DNA of 64,000 nucleotides from an uncultured Candidatus Saccharibacteria bacterium (GCA_964469295.1 CAYXYJ010000003.1:12595-76594); one strand, 5' to 3'; positions 1-9,199 are shown, counted from the first letter of the stretch. A program made the numbers and translations. Notes: a model not told the origin generated them from the letters alone.

Positions 1-354
1 GTCGCGGCCAAGGCTTCAGTGGAATCCTCCACTAATTCGGGGAACGATCCTTCGGTCACCCCCTCTTGAGCCAACAACCCATCAAGTGATTGTTCCCGCT
101 GCTTACGATACGCATCAATAATCAGATTATTGAGCACTTTGTATAGAAACGGTCGATAATTTTCGACGTGTTGACCATTTTTTACATACATCCACACTTT
201 GGTAAAGGTATCATGAACGAGGTCAATGGCCCGTTCCCGATCACTTATACGCAACAACGCGTGCCGGAATAAGGCATTGTTATATTCTTCGTATGCTTGC
301 AAAAAACGGTGTTCTTGGCTTCCCGCAGCGCTTGTTGAATGAGAACCAGCCATG
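1..354 (-). CDS. RNA polymerase sigma-70 family (ECF-type) factor, C-terminally truncated by window edge
   Basis: Minus-strand translation from ATG at 352-354 gives MAGSHSTSAAGSQEHRFLQAYEEYNNALFRHALLRISDRERAIDLVHDTFTKVWMYV..., a sigma-70 region-2-like sequence. The ORF runs off the window start and was not in the ORF track because no stop is present. Confidence 0.6.
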
Positions 355-524
355 TGGAAACCATTATATAGGTAGACGGCGGGCAATGCCATTCCTTACG
401 GGTTGATTGGTATAAAAAGTGGCGGTCACCACCGTGATGGAAACCGCCTTGGTTTAGGGTGCTTTTGCACCCATCCCTGCAGCCAGGGATACCATTAAGT
501 ATATCAAACCTTCTCAGAAATACC

Positions 525-1448
525 TTAAAACCAACCCTTTTTCTGAAAAACTCGACCCAAAATCACCAAAATAACGACATTTAACCCTAAAATATAGAAA
601 AAGGCGTGCGGGTTATCTTGAAACGGCAACGCCACATTCATACCGTACAAAGACGCCAACACCAGCGGCACGGTCAACAGAATCGTTAAAACCGTCAAAA
701 TACTAAGAGAATTATTCAACCGGCTCGTCATAATGGCTTCAATTCCCCCACGCATATTCTGAATTGTCTTCAAAATAGACCGGGCCTGATTAACCACCTG
801 ATTATTGGCGATAATAATATCTTCCATATCGTCAATATCTTCATTAAAAAGCTGCATGTAATTGCCTTTTGGCACCTGTTGGAGCCAGGCATTAGTCGGC
901 ACGAGCGCATCCACCATACTATTTAAACGAGACTCATATTGTACCAACCGTTCAATTCCTCGCATGCCAATTTTGCTGAGACGCACCCGTTCTCGTTGCA
1001 CGGCTTTACGTAATTTCACCAATTCCACGTCATATGCTTTGGTCAGGGCTTCCACCATCACAATAAAAAGCTTGGCTTTTTGGGTTGTCACCACTGCCTC
1101 TTTCCCATTAAAAAACGCTTCCAAAAACGGCACCGGACGCAATGCGAGGCTCAATACGAAAGACTCTCCCATCACCAGCAACAATGGTGCTGTTTCGCTG
1201 TCTTCTTTGACTTCTGGAAACGGGTAGCGGGTAAAAAAGTATGTACACCCATCTGATTTCTCAAGCCGTGGCACCTCAAAAAAGTCCTCAGCGTCTTCCA
1301 TCAAATCAGCATCCAAGCCAAAATCAGCTTGTAATTGCTGGATTTCTTCAACCGTCGGCGATTCGGCATGTACCCACACCCCCGTCCGCACGGCATCAAG
1401 TTTCTTTAATTCACTGTCTTTAATGGTGCGAAAGTAATAGGTAATCAT
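525..1448 (-). CDS. corA: CorA-family Mg2+/Co2+ transporter
   Basis: 307 aa with two C-terminal TM helices and the signature YGMNV (GMN motif) before the last helix. Confidence 0.8.
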   Translation of the reverse strand: MITYYFRTIKDSELKKLDAVRTGVWVHAESPTVEEIQQLQADFGLDADLMEDAEDFFEVPRLEKSDGCTYFFTRYPFPEVKEDSETAPLLLVMGESFVLSLALRPVPFLEAFFNGKEAVVTTQKAKLFIVMVEALTKAYDVELVKLRKAVQRERVRLSKIGMRGIERLVQYESRLNSMVDALVPTNAWLQQVPKGNYMQLFNEDIDDMEDIIIANNQVVNQARSILKTIQNMRGGIEAIMTSRLNNSLSILTVLTILLTVPLVLASLYGMNVALPFQDNPHAFFYILGLNVVILVILGRVFQKKGWF

Positions 1449-1502
1449 GTATACAGTTTACCAACACAAAAGCGACATCGCTGTCGCTTTTGTGTTGGTA
1501 AG

Positions 1503-1576
1503 TTGTCGGGGAGCCGAGAATCGAACTCGGACCACTCGGTCCCAAACCGAGCACACTACCACTATGCTACACCCCG
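1503..1576 (-). tRNA. tRNA-Pro (anticodon TGG); CCA not genomically encoded
   Basis: The reverse complement folds as a cloverleaf: acceptor CGGGGTG/CTCCCCG with one U-U mismatch at 6-67, a D-arm with GG, anticodon stem CTCGG/CCGAG with loop TTTGGGA (U33, anticodon UGG, G37), T-arm CCGAG-TTCGATT-CTCGG and discriminator A. It overlaps two spurious ORFs in the track. Confidence 0.8.
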
Positions 1577-1661
1577 GTATTTTGTTGTGGCTATGATAGT
1601 AGCACTCTTCTTTAAAAAAAGCGAGTGTAAACAGCCCCTTTTTCAACACCAATTGATAAAC

Positions 1662-2168
1662 TTATACCGACAATTGAACCCACAATTCATCAAGACTTTG
1701 TATGGTTGTAAACCGGTCATCTAGGACTTTACTCCCCTTCGCCCCCGGCCGACATATACGGATCGGCGTTACTACCGGCACTTGTGTAGCTACCACAGAC
1801 AGGTGCTCAACACTATCATCAACAAAATAAGCGACTGTGCCAGGGATACCAATTTCTAAATATGTCTGTATTACAGAGGCTTTACTTCCCTGTTCCACGT
1901 AGAACATTTGATCAAAATATGGCTCTAAACCACTGAGCTTAAACTTGCATTCTTGCACACCGCGACGCCCAAAGGTAACCAAATGGCAAGAAAAATTAGC
2001 CTCTCGCACGTTCAATATGAAACTGAGTACATCAGGATAGAGAAACCGTGAGAAATCAGCTCCAATACTGCCCGCGATAATACCCTCTATATAGGTAAGT
2101 TCAAGGGAATTATAAAACTGCTCTGTATCAAAGAGCGTCCGGTCAAAATCTAAAAAAATATGCTTCAT
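1662..2168 (-). CDS. HAD-superfamily hydrolase/phosphatase
   Basis: The N-terminal motif FLDFDRTLFD matches the DxDxT catalytic motif I of HAD hydrolases; 168 aa. Confidence 0.6.
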   Translation of the reverse strand: MKHIFLDFDRTLFDTEQFYNSLELTYIEGIIAGSIGADFSRFLYPDVLSFILNVREANFSCHLVTFGRRGVQECKFKLSGLEPYFDQMFYVEQGSKASVIQTYLEIGIPGTVAYFVDDSVEHLSVVATQVPVVTPIRICRPGAKGSKVLDDRFTTIQSLDELWVQLSV

Positions 2169-2223
2169 CTTTAATAAAACTATTCTTAGATTGCACTTAG
2201 TTACACATGAAACTAAAATTCAG

Positions 2224-2658
2224 CTAATTTAGCGTGACATTATCAATAATTTTAATAGTTGCATATGTTTCACGTGGCACAAGTCGCACCGCTGCCACAT
2301 CAATTTGCCAATCACCAGTCCAATTTCGTTCAATCAGCCAACTTTCGATTGCCCGTGCTAACTTTTTCAATTTATACGGATGGACATTCTCTTCCGGTCG
2401 CCAAGTTCCATATGAAACTGCCCGTTCCAGATCGGCTTTCGTTTCATATGAAACGGTTTTGACCTCCACAAAGTGGATTTTGTTGGCCCCTTTTACAATC
2501 ACGTCAATTTCTCCCCACTTTTTTAGGTAATTCATCTCCACCACGGTAAAACCTTTCCGTTTTAGGTAATTAGCGGTAATTTGTTCGCCTTTAGCACCAA
2601 TTATCTTGTTTTGTTGCTTTTTACTCTTATTATCAGCTAGTGGTGAGGCTAGTTTCAT
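2224..2658 (-). CDS. YraN/UPF0102 family endonuclease-like protein
   Basis: The pattern GAKGEQITANYLKRKGFTVVEMNY...GEIDVIV...HFVEVKT is typical of the YraN (UPF0102) family. Confidence 0.65.
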   Translation of the reverse strand: MKLASPLADNKSKKQQNKIIGAKGEQITANYLKRKGFTVVEMNYLKKWGEIDVIVKGANKIHFVEVKTVSYETKADLERAVSYGTWRPEENVHPYKLKKLARAIESWLIERNWTGDWQIDVAAVRLVPRETYATIKIIDNVTLN

Positions 2659-3126
2659 GTGTAACTAGTATAGCAATTACTAGATCAAAAACGTCCAATT
2701 ATAATCACCATTACAACAATACCCGCTAGTTTCATGTGCAACATGTACTGAAAACGGCGCTTTTACAATCATTCAAGTATAAATTTAATCTTGTGTATCA
2801 AAACGGCATGATTATTTTAAAAGTTGTCAAAACGAATGGTAACTGCCCAAATGTTTTAAGATAAATCCTGGTTGTTCTACGTGTAACTAGCGTTAATATG
2901 TACCACGTGAAACGTATAATTATGATGCACTATCCACAGCTTTTGCAAAAAAGGGTTTATTTATAAGCATTTTTTTATTGGTATCCTGTCTTTAATCCTT
3001 TGTCCTTTATACACATGTTCACTGTTTTATCCCCACATCAAAATTGCCCTTGTTATTTTGTTGATTGGTTAAACGTTTTCTTAATCATTATAGAAAAAAG
3101 CCCTGTTTAGGACTTTTTTCTGGGTT

Positions 3127-3200
3127 TGGTGCGGCCAGGGGTAATCGAAACCCCGACTAATCCTTGGCAAGGACTCATTATACCACTTAACCATGGCCGC
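3127..3200 (-). tRNA. tRNA-Gly (anticodon GCC) with encoded CCA
   Basis: The reverse complement reads GCGGCCA...AGTCC-TTGCCAA-GGATT...GGGGT-TTCGATT-ACCCC-TGGCCGC-ACCA, with anticodon loop TTGCCAA (GCC). Confidence 0.85.
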
Positions 3201-3206
3201 AATGTA

Positions 3207-3929
3207 TTATGACGCTTTTGTATCTTTTTCGAGCAACTTTACCCAAGTTTCAAGCTTTTTCTTGAGCAAAGTACTGCCGATTATAATATTAAGAACGCCA
3301 AAATGCAATGTTTGTTTTTGCCCTCGTCCTTGGATAACTTGGTTTTTATAAAATTGGGCAGGGGAAATAGTGGTTTGGCGGCACCAATACTTCATACAGC
3401 GCACCTCGTCGTGCTCGGGGTATAGCAGCAGCCAGCAATGGATGGCTTTCTTTTCGGCACCAAGGTATGACAAGAGAAATGTAATAAACAGGCGGTGTAA
3501 CTCTGGACGGCTGGTAGTAAGCCGGATAGTACGCGTGTTGTGGCGGTCACCGACGGTCATGTACACCATAATACCCGCGATAAATTGTGGGGAAGTACGG
3601 TAGTTTTTATACTCAATTTCCGCTAAACGTACGATTTCCGCATGCTGATGCTTACGTTCAGCCACGCGAGCTTTATTAATCAGCTCTAGGCGTTTTTTAT
3701 TCTGTTGCACAGCAAGCTTTTTATTTTGGACGGCCACTCCCTGTGAAAATATTTCGTGACGGAGCCAATTACTCACAGTGCCCTTAGAAACGTTGCAAAT
3801 CTTAGCTATTTCAGCATACGTGAACCCACGTTTACGAAAAGAAACAGCTTGCTCGTACGCTTCTTGCTTGTATGTACCAACTTTTGTCATTATAAACTTA
3901 GTATACATTATACATTTACCAGTGTTCAA
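3207..3929 (-). CDS. Hypothetical protein with N-terminal helix-turn-helix DNA-binding motif
   Basis: GFTYAEIAKICNVSKGTVSNWL is an HTH-like segment. The rest shows no recognisable family, though weak LAGLIDADG-like strings make a homing-endonuclease relationship possible but unsupported. The gene sits immediately next to tRNA-Gly. Confidence 0.4.
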   Translation of the reverse strand: MNTGKCIMYTKFIMTKVGTYKQEAYEQAVSFRKRGFTYAEIAKICNVSKGTVSNWLRHEIFSQGVAVQNKKLAVQQNKKRLELINKARVAERKHQHAEIVRLAEIEYKNYRTSPQFIAGIMVYMTVGDRHNTRTIRLTTSRPELHRLFITFLLSYLGAEKKAIHCWLLLYPEHDEVRCMKYWCRQTTISPAQFYKNQVIQGRGQKQTLHFGVLNIIIGSTLLKKKLETWVKLLEKDTKAS

Positions 3930-3941
3930 ATATAGAGTAAT

Positions 3942-3972
3942 AACTGAGCCGGTAGGGGATACCGGCTCAGTT
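3942..3972. terminator. Hairpin aactgagccggta-gggga-taccggctcagtt, terminator for the 3988..4263 gene
   Basis: It is a perfect 12-bp inverted repeat, followed on the minus strand by a T-rich run. Confidence 0.6.
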
Positions 3973-3987
3973 CGTTGATCTTATTAC

Positions 3988-4263
3988 TTACTCACCGATG
4001 ACGACCTGACACCCAGCTGGGCCGGCATGGACTGCTGTACTCTCATCAGTCACACGATACCGATCACCAGGCAAGACATCACGACACCGATCACCTGACA
4101 CCACGAGGAGTCCTTCAGTCACAAAAACACTGCTACCGATCACCAGTGCTGTCAAAACTGCACCTGGTAGCACTTTTTCTTCGTAGATAGTGGTATATCC
4201 TTCTTTTTCTAATTGTTCTATACAGCGTTCAGATAGTTCCATAGGGGTAATATAGCAGTACAT
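3988..4263 (-). CDS. Small cupin-like protein (hypothetical)
   Basis: 91 aa; VTEGLLVVSGD...VLPGDRYRV...STAVHAGPAG resembles the two conserved cupin barrel motifs. Confidence 0.4.
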   Translation of the reverse strand: MYCYITPMELSERCIEQLEKEGYTTIYEEKVLPGAVLTALVIGSSVFVTEGLLVVSGDRCRDVLPGDRYRVTDESTAVHAGPAGCQVVIGE

Positions 4264-4287
4264 AGTATACTGGGAATTAATTGTCTT

Positions 4288-4737
4288 ATGAAGTTGCTCA
4301 CCCTACAGAATACGTGGATTATTGTAGCGCCACAACTGGTGCGTTGTATCGGCCGACTCACAATCGGTCGTCACGGCGGTGAGAAAGCGTTAGCGTTTGC
4401 CTGTTTCCCGTTTATTGTAGTAAAAAACCAATCAGTTGCCACTCCAATACTCATCAATCACGAAAAAATTCACTTTGCACAACAAATCGAGACATTATTT
4501 ATAGGATTGTTCATCTATACATTACTTGAAGATGTGTACCACTGGTTTATTTTTGGGAAACGTGGCACCGAACGATACTTGTGGCGTAGTAGTGAACAGG
4601 AAGCATACCGAAATCAAGAAAATCTCGATTATATATACACACGACCTCATTTTGCACTCTTTCACTACCGACGTGACAAAAAACAGCTTTTTTTCATTCC
4701 TGACAAGGCACCACAGGTGATTATTCAAGACTGCTAA
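4288..4737 (+). CDS. Hypothetical protein with HExxH(+E) zincin-like motif and a hydrophobic segment
   Basis: INHEKIHFAQQIE contains HEKIH plus a downstream Glu, followed by a TM-like stretch FIGLFIYTLL. No confident family assignment. Confidence 0.4.
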   Translation: MKLLTLQNTWIIVAPQLVRCIGRLTIGRHGGEKALAFACFPFIVVKNQSVATPILINHEKIHFAQQIETLFIGLFIYTLLEDVYHWFIFGKRGTERYLWRSSEQEAYRNQENLDYIYTRPHFALFHYRRDKKQLFFIPDKAPQVIIQDC

Positions 4738-4786
4738 ATACATAAACCACCCCTCGCAGATGTTTTATGTATTTATTAGATCACGT

Positions 4787-4801
4787 GCCAGGACTCGAAC
4801 A
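4787..4801. repeat. 15-nt direct copy of the tRNA-Arg 3' half (tgccaggactcgaac), a partial tRNA-derived fragment
   Basis: It is identical to 4962-4976 inside the tRNA-Arg gene. A second T-loop-like copy (cttcgagtcc) lies inverted at 4858-4867. Neither folds into a full cloverleaf. Confidence 0.5.
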
Positions 4802-4956
4802 CTACATGTCCGGTACACCTTTTGGAACTTTTTTCGACTTCGTCTCAAAAAGTATCTCAAAAGGTCTTCGAGTCCGGTCGTGAGCGACATCTAGTCACTC
4901 ACTCAGCTGCACAAACAAAAAATGGCAAGCTTGCGCTTGCTCATTTTTTGTCTTTG

Positions 4957-5028
4957 TGCACCTGCCAGGACTCGAACCCAGAATAACTGATCCGAAGTCA
5001 GTTGTGATATCCATTTCACTACAAGTGC
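4957..5028 (-). tRNA. tRNA-Arg (anticodon TCG); CCA not encoded
   Basis: The reverse complement reads GCACTTG-TA-GTGA...ACTGA-CTTCGGA-TCAGT-TATT-CTGGG-TTCGAGT-CCTGG-CAGGTGC-A; anticodon UCG. Confidence 0.8.
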
Positions 5029-5091
5029 AATATCTACATCATACGGTGACAACAGGGAAAAAGCAATAATTTCTGCTACAATGTCAACATT

Positions 5092-6561
5092 ATGATTCGT
5101 TTGACTGATATTCCGCTCGAGGTACGAGTAGTGGCTGAGACATTGGAAGTAGCTGGCTATGAAGCCTATCTCGTCGGCGGATGTGTCCGCGATTTACTCC
5201 TCGGCAAGGTGCCTAAAGATTGGGATATTACCACCGATGCTGTACCAGACGCGATTATAGCGTTGTTCCCCGACAGTTATTGCAATAATGAGTACGGCAC
5301 GGTCGGAGTAAAAACGGAGAGCGAAGACCCACGGCTCTCAGTCATTGAAGTCACCCCGTACCGTAGTGAGGGGGCATACACTGACGCCAGACGGCCAGAC
5401 AGTGTCACCTTTGGGGTGTCCTTATCCGAAGACCTCGCTCGCCGTGATTTTACCGTTAATGCCATCGCCTTTCGAATTCATGACGAAAAAACCGTTGATT
5501 TATATGGGGGAATGAGTGATTTAGAAGCGCGACGATTGCGCGCCGTCGGGAATCCCAATGCACGTTTTGCCGAAGATGCTCTGCGGATGATGCGAGCGGT
5601 GCGATTGGCGGCCGAACTTGATTTTATGATTGATGCCGATACCATGCAGGGGATTTTTAGTAATCGCGACCGGCTGGGACAGATTGCCGTCGAACGAATT
5701 AGTGCGGAATTTTCCAAGCTAGTTTTGTCTGCCACCCCCATGCAAGGCATGGTATTTCTTGAAAAACTTGGCTTATTACCGTTTGTATTACCCGAAATCG
5801 AACCGGCAATTGGGTGTGAACAGGGTGGTATTCATGCCTACGACGTATATGAACACTTACTGCGCACCATGCAAGCCGCTGCAGACAAAGAATATACCCT
5901 CGAAATGCGCTTAGCGGGCTTGTTACATGACATCGGAAAGCCAGCGACCAGGCGCACTGGCGGGAAAAATAAGCATTACACGTTTTTCGGCCATGAAGTG
6001 GTTGGTGCGCGGATGGCCAAAGCCATTCTCGAACGCCTGAAATTCCCGCGAGACACCATTATAACGGTCGAAAAACTGGTACGCTGGCACATGTTTTTTG
6101 CGGATACCGAAGAAATCACTTTATCGGCCGTACGCCGCACGATCACGAGAGTCGGGGAAGACCAAATCGAAAACCTGTTAAATTTACGCGTTTGTGACCG
6201 CATCGGCACCGGACGGCCGAAAGAGCAACCCTTCCGCTTCCGCAAATACAAAGCCATGGTCGACGAAGCCTTGCGTGACCCGATTTCGGTCAAAATGCTT
6301 AAAATGGACGGGAATCGAATTATGGAACTTACCGGCGAAAAACCAGGCCGAAAATTAGGCTTTATTTTGCACGCATTATTAGAAGAAGTGCTCGTTGATC
6401 CCGCCAAAAACACTGATGACTACCTCGCAGCACGCGTGAAAGAGCTCATTGTACTTGATGAAATAACGCTTGAAACGCTTGGCAAAGCCGGTAAAGAGAA
6501 ACAAGCTGAGGAGGAAGAAGCCGCTCTCAAAGCCATCGCCCGCGAGCATAAGGTGGGGTAA
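5092..6561 (+). CDS. cca: tRNA nucleotidyltransferase (CCA-adding enzyme) with HD domain
   Basis: The N-terminal pol-beta-like head has GGCVRDLLLG...DWDITT, and the HD domain has LLHDIGK; 489 aa. Its presence is consistent with nearby tRNAs lacking encoded CCA. Confidence 0.85.
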   Translation: MIRLTDIPLEVRVVAETLEVAGYEAYLVGGCVRDLLLGKVPKDWDITTDAVPDAIIALFPDSYCNNEYGTVGVKTESEDPRLSVIEVTPYRSEGAYTDARRPDSVTFGVSLSEDLARRDFTVNAIAFRIHDEKTVDLYGGMSDLEARRLRAVGNPNARFAEDALRMMRAVRLAAELDFMIDADTMQGIFSNRDRLGQIAVERISAEFSKLVLSATPMQGMVFLEKLGLLPFVLPEIEPAIGCEQGGIHAYDVYEHLLRTMQAAADKEYTLEMRLAGLLHDIGKPATRRTGGKNKHYTFFGHEVVGARMAKAILERLKFPRDTIITVEKLVRWHMFFADTEEITLSAVRRTITRVGEDQIENLLNLRVCDRIGTGRPKEQPFRFRKYKAMVDEALRDPISVKMLKMDGNRIMELTGEKPGRKLGFILHALLEEVLVDPAKNTDDYLAARVKELIVLDEITLETLGKAGKEKQAEEEEAALKAIAREHKVG

Positions 6562-6924
6562 GACTGCAAAAAAGACGAAGAAACCACTGATTGCACAATA
6601 GCGCAATTGGCGGTTTCTTCGGTGAGATTTAATTTTTAAGCAGATTTTCGGCAAGGGACCGCGTGGAATAAAAAATATTTTTAAGAATTAGTATTGGATG
6701 AAATACGAAGAAAACAGCCGGAAAAATTACTAACCGTATATGGACATACGGTGCAGCGATTTTTCCGGCTGTTTTGTGAAGTAGTTCGCCAACAATAAGC
6801 TCTAAAAATAGAAAAAGGCCTGGGGGAATCGAAAGCTGTTACTGCGTAACCGCTACCGGTGCCCCGAGGCCTTTTCGAGCTTTAGTGTGAGGTAATTCCT
6901 CTAATTTGGTGCTACATAGTGTAG

Positions 6925-6954
6925 TTTATAACCAATGATTTAAGCTCTTATAAT
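6925..6954 (+). promoter_or_regulatory. Sigma-70-like promoter (TTTATA - 18 nt - TATAAT) pointing into an ORF-poor region
   Basis: -35 tttata at 6925-6930 and -10 tataat at 6949-6954. No downstream CDS of convincing length. Confidence 0.35.
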
Positions 6955-6959
6955 GTGAG

Positions 6960-7333
6960 AAATCAATGTTGCTTGCATATACATTCGGAAGTCCGTTTCA
7001 GCCGACTTTCGACACTACGTGCAAGAAGATTTCTCGTTGTGGTTGGATCTTCTTAAGTTGTTGAACGTTAGAGTTTTGGAGGTAATCTCTATTTTTTACA
7101 AGGATCTCTTTACGGGGGAGATCCAGGGTTCAGGTCGTAATGTCTTTTATGAACTGAACTCTGGATCTTCCTGCGCGCCCTCTCTGGGCCTGTCACTATA
7201 GTATGTCCTTTATAATTACTCGTAAAGGACAGACCTGTGAGTAATTGGGGATTACTCGGAAAAACTTTGTCCTTTATGCGCAATAATGTTCCTGAAAGCA
7301 AAAAGAGCCTTGCAATGCAAGGCTCTTTTTGCT
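6960..7333 (+). ncRNA. Candidate ~370-nt non-coding transcript of unknown class
   Basis: Bracketed by the promoter above and an intrinsic terminator at 7300-7330 (followed by TTTTT). It is rich in local stem-loops, for example gtcctttat-aattactcg-taaaggac and gagtaat-tgggg-attactc. Only short low-quality ORFs are present. No tmRNA tag frame or RNase P P4 consensus was found. Confidence 0.3.
7300..7330. terminator. Bidirectional intrinsic terminator aaaagagccttgc-aat-gcaaggctctttt
   Basis: A perfect palindrome flanked by A-run and T-run. It serves xth on the minus strand and the candidate ncRNA on the plus strand. Confidence 0.7.
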
Positions 7334-7375
7334 TCCTGTTTCTACTATTGACATTTATGAGTTCTGTATTTTTAT

Positions 7376-8185
7376 TTATTCAGTGGAAATTGGTATATTG
7401 ATGGTTACTGAGATGGGGCAGTGATCTGACCCCAACACCTCCGGATAAATGCGTGCTTGTTGTAGCAATGGTACCAACTGTGAAGACACCATAATGTAAT
7501 CAATCCGCCAACCGATGTTTCGTTCACGTGCGTTGCCCCAGTGTGACCACCACGTATAGTGTCCTGGTTCATCCGGATAATACTGACGAAAGGTGTCCAC
7601 AAACCCAGCGTCTATCATCGCCGTAAAACCAGCTCGTTCTTCGTCAGTGAAACCCTTTTTTCCCGTGTTTTCACGTGGGCGAGCCAAATCCAGCGCCGTG
7701 TGTGCCACGTTAAAATCACCACAATAGATGACGGGCTTTTTGGCTTCTAATTCCACCATATACGCGAGAAACGCTGGGTCCCAGGCTTGGCGCATAGGGA
7801 TACGGGACAGATCGTCTTTGGCATTTGGTGTATAGACGGTCACGACAAAAAAATGTTCAAATTCAAGGGTAGTAATCCGTCCTTCGGTAGTGGTATCGCC
7901 ATAGGAATCGGTTAATGTATACCGTTTGGCAATATGCGTCGGTAATCCGTAAAACACTGTAACGGGGGTGTATTTAGTGAAAATAGCGGTACCAGAATAA
8001 CCCTTTTTAGTCGCTGAACACCAATATTCTTCATATTCCCCAAAGTCGATGTTCGTATCAGATTGCTGTGCTTTGGTTTCTTGCACGCAAAATATGTCTG
8101 GGTTGTGTTTTGCTAAAAAATCAGCAAGGAGACCCTTTTTATGAACGGCTCGGATACCATTGACGTTCCATGAATACAGCTTCAT
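7376..8185 (-). CDS. xth: Exodeoxyribonuclease III / AP endonuclease
   Basis: MKLYSWNVNGIRA...CVQETK...SDHCPI, the EEP-family ExoIII signature; 269 aa. Confidence 0.9.
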   Translation of the reverse strand: MKLYSWNVNGIRAVHKKGLLADFLAKHNPDIFCVQETKAQQSDTNIDFGEYEEYWCSATKKGYSGTAIFTKYTPVTVFYGLPTHIAKRYTLTDSYGDTTTEGRITTLEFEHFFVVTVYTPNAKDDLSRIPMRQAWDPAFLAYMVELEAKKPVIYCGDFNVAHTALDLARPRENTGKKGFTDEERAGFTAMIDAGFVDTFRQYYPDEPGHYTWWSHWGNARERNIGWRIDYIMVSSQLVPLLQQARIYPEVLGSDHCPISVTINIPISTE

Positions 8186-8203
8186 CCTGGTATACTATGG
8201 TAC

Positions 8204-9199
8204 ATGAGTGAGAAATACAAACCGCATACCTATTCCGGCGAAACGCCCCATGATTTTGACCGGCCATATCGCACTGATGATTTGGAACCGGTTATCGTTC
8301 CGCCGGAAGGTACAGAAGCGGTCGCTGCGGTGCAGGAGGTAGTCAATCGTATCGATTACCAGGTGTTGCTTGATATTTTTCGCGAGGAGTACAGTAAAGC
8401 TGGTATTGACCGTGATACCCTGGTCGCCATTCCTCGTTCCCGGGTCCAGGTTATCTATGCGCCGGGAGTGACTTTTGTGGGGCGCTATCGATATTATGAT
8501 GAGCAAATACAATTAAACGCAGCCAAACTGATGAAAGCAGGTGGGGTAGATGTAACTAAAACGCTCCACACGTTTATTCATGAACAATTGCACTATATTT
8601 CAACCGCTGAGGAAATAATTGACGATATCACTGACACATTACACGTCGGGGTGGAAAAAACTGCTTTTTTTACTCACGAAGACATCCCAAGCAAAATCAC
8701 CCACGAATTTCTTAACGAAGGATTAACAGAGATTATTACCGGTCGCATCCTGCATGCCTATACGACACGAGTTGGTAATGGGAGCAACAACAGCACCAAA
8801 ATCGACTTCGAGAACGGCTTTAACATTGCCCATTATATACAAAACCAAGGAATAATTCGTCGGTTGATTATATTTTATAGTGTCCTTACTGATGTACCGG
8901 AACCTACCGTCGAAGATAGTTTTGTGCGAGCGTACCTCAGAAACACCAGTTTGTTTACCCATGAAATGACTGCCCTATCACTTACTATTGAGAACACCAC
9001 TATTTCTGGCAGTGACTTAGAAATAATCACTACGTGTCTTGAGGAAGGTATATTCAACGAAGTTGAATGGGCTGAAATCGCGAAAAGGTTTTTGCCAGTA
9101 GAAAAAAGGGTGGATTTTTTACATCGGCTATACGTGCTTGGCGAACAAAAAATAGCCGCTATTGAAAATAAAATAGCGGCTCAGAGGAACGAAATCTAA
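8204..9199 (+). CDS. Hypothetical cytoplasmic protein with HExxH motif
   Basis: 331 aa with no signal peptide. TFIHEQLHYISTAEE contains HEQLH plus a downstream Glu. No family recognised. Confidence 0.4.
   Translation: MSEKYKPHTYSGETPHDFDRPYRTDDLEPVIVPPEGTEAVAAVQEVVNRIDYQVLLDIFREEYSKAGIDRDTLVAIPRSRVQVIYAPGVTFVGRYRYYDEQIQLNAAKLMKAGGVDVTKTLHTFIHEQLHYISTAEEIIDDITDTLHVGVEKTAFFTHEDIPSKITHEFLNEGLTEIITGRILHAYTTRVGNGSNNSTKIDFENGFNIAHYIQNQGIIRRLIIFYSVLTDVPEPTVEDSFVRAYLRNTSLFTHEMTALSLTIENTTISGSDLEIITTCLEEGIFNEVEWAEIAKRFLPVEKRVDFLHRLYVLGEQKIAAIENKIAAQRNEI

Noticed and set aside
4785-4905. Possible complete tRNA or intron-containing tRNA upstream of tRNA-Arg
   Set aside because: Although T-loop-like strings (ttcgagtcc) occur on both strands, neither strand yields a matching acceptor stem, D-arm or anticodon stem. 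It is interpreted as tRNA-derived fragments.
6960-7333. tmRNA or RNase P RNA in the long cca-xth intergenic region
   Set aside because: There is no tRNA-like 3' end, no ...ALAA-stop tag frame, and only a partial GGAAGUCCG match to the RNase P P4 strand without the complementary ACAGAACCCGGCUUA partner. It is kept only as an unclassified ncRNA candidate.
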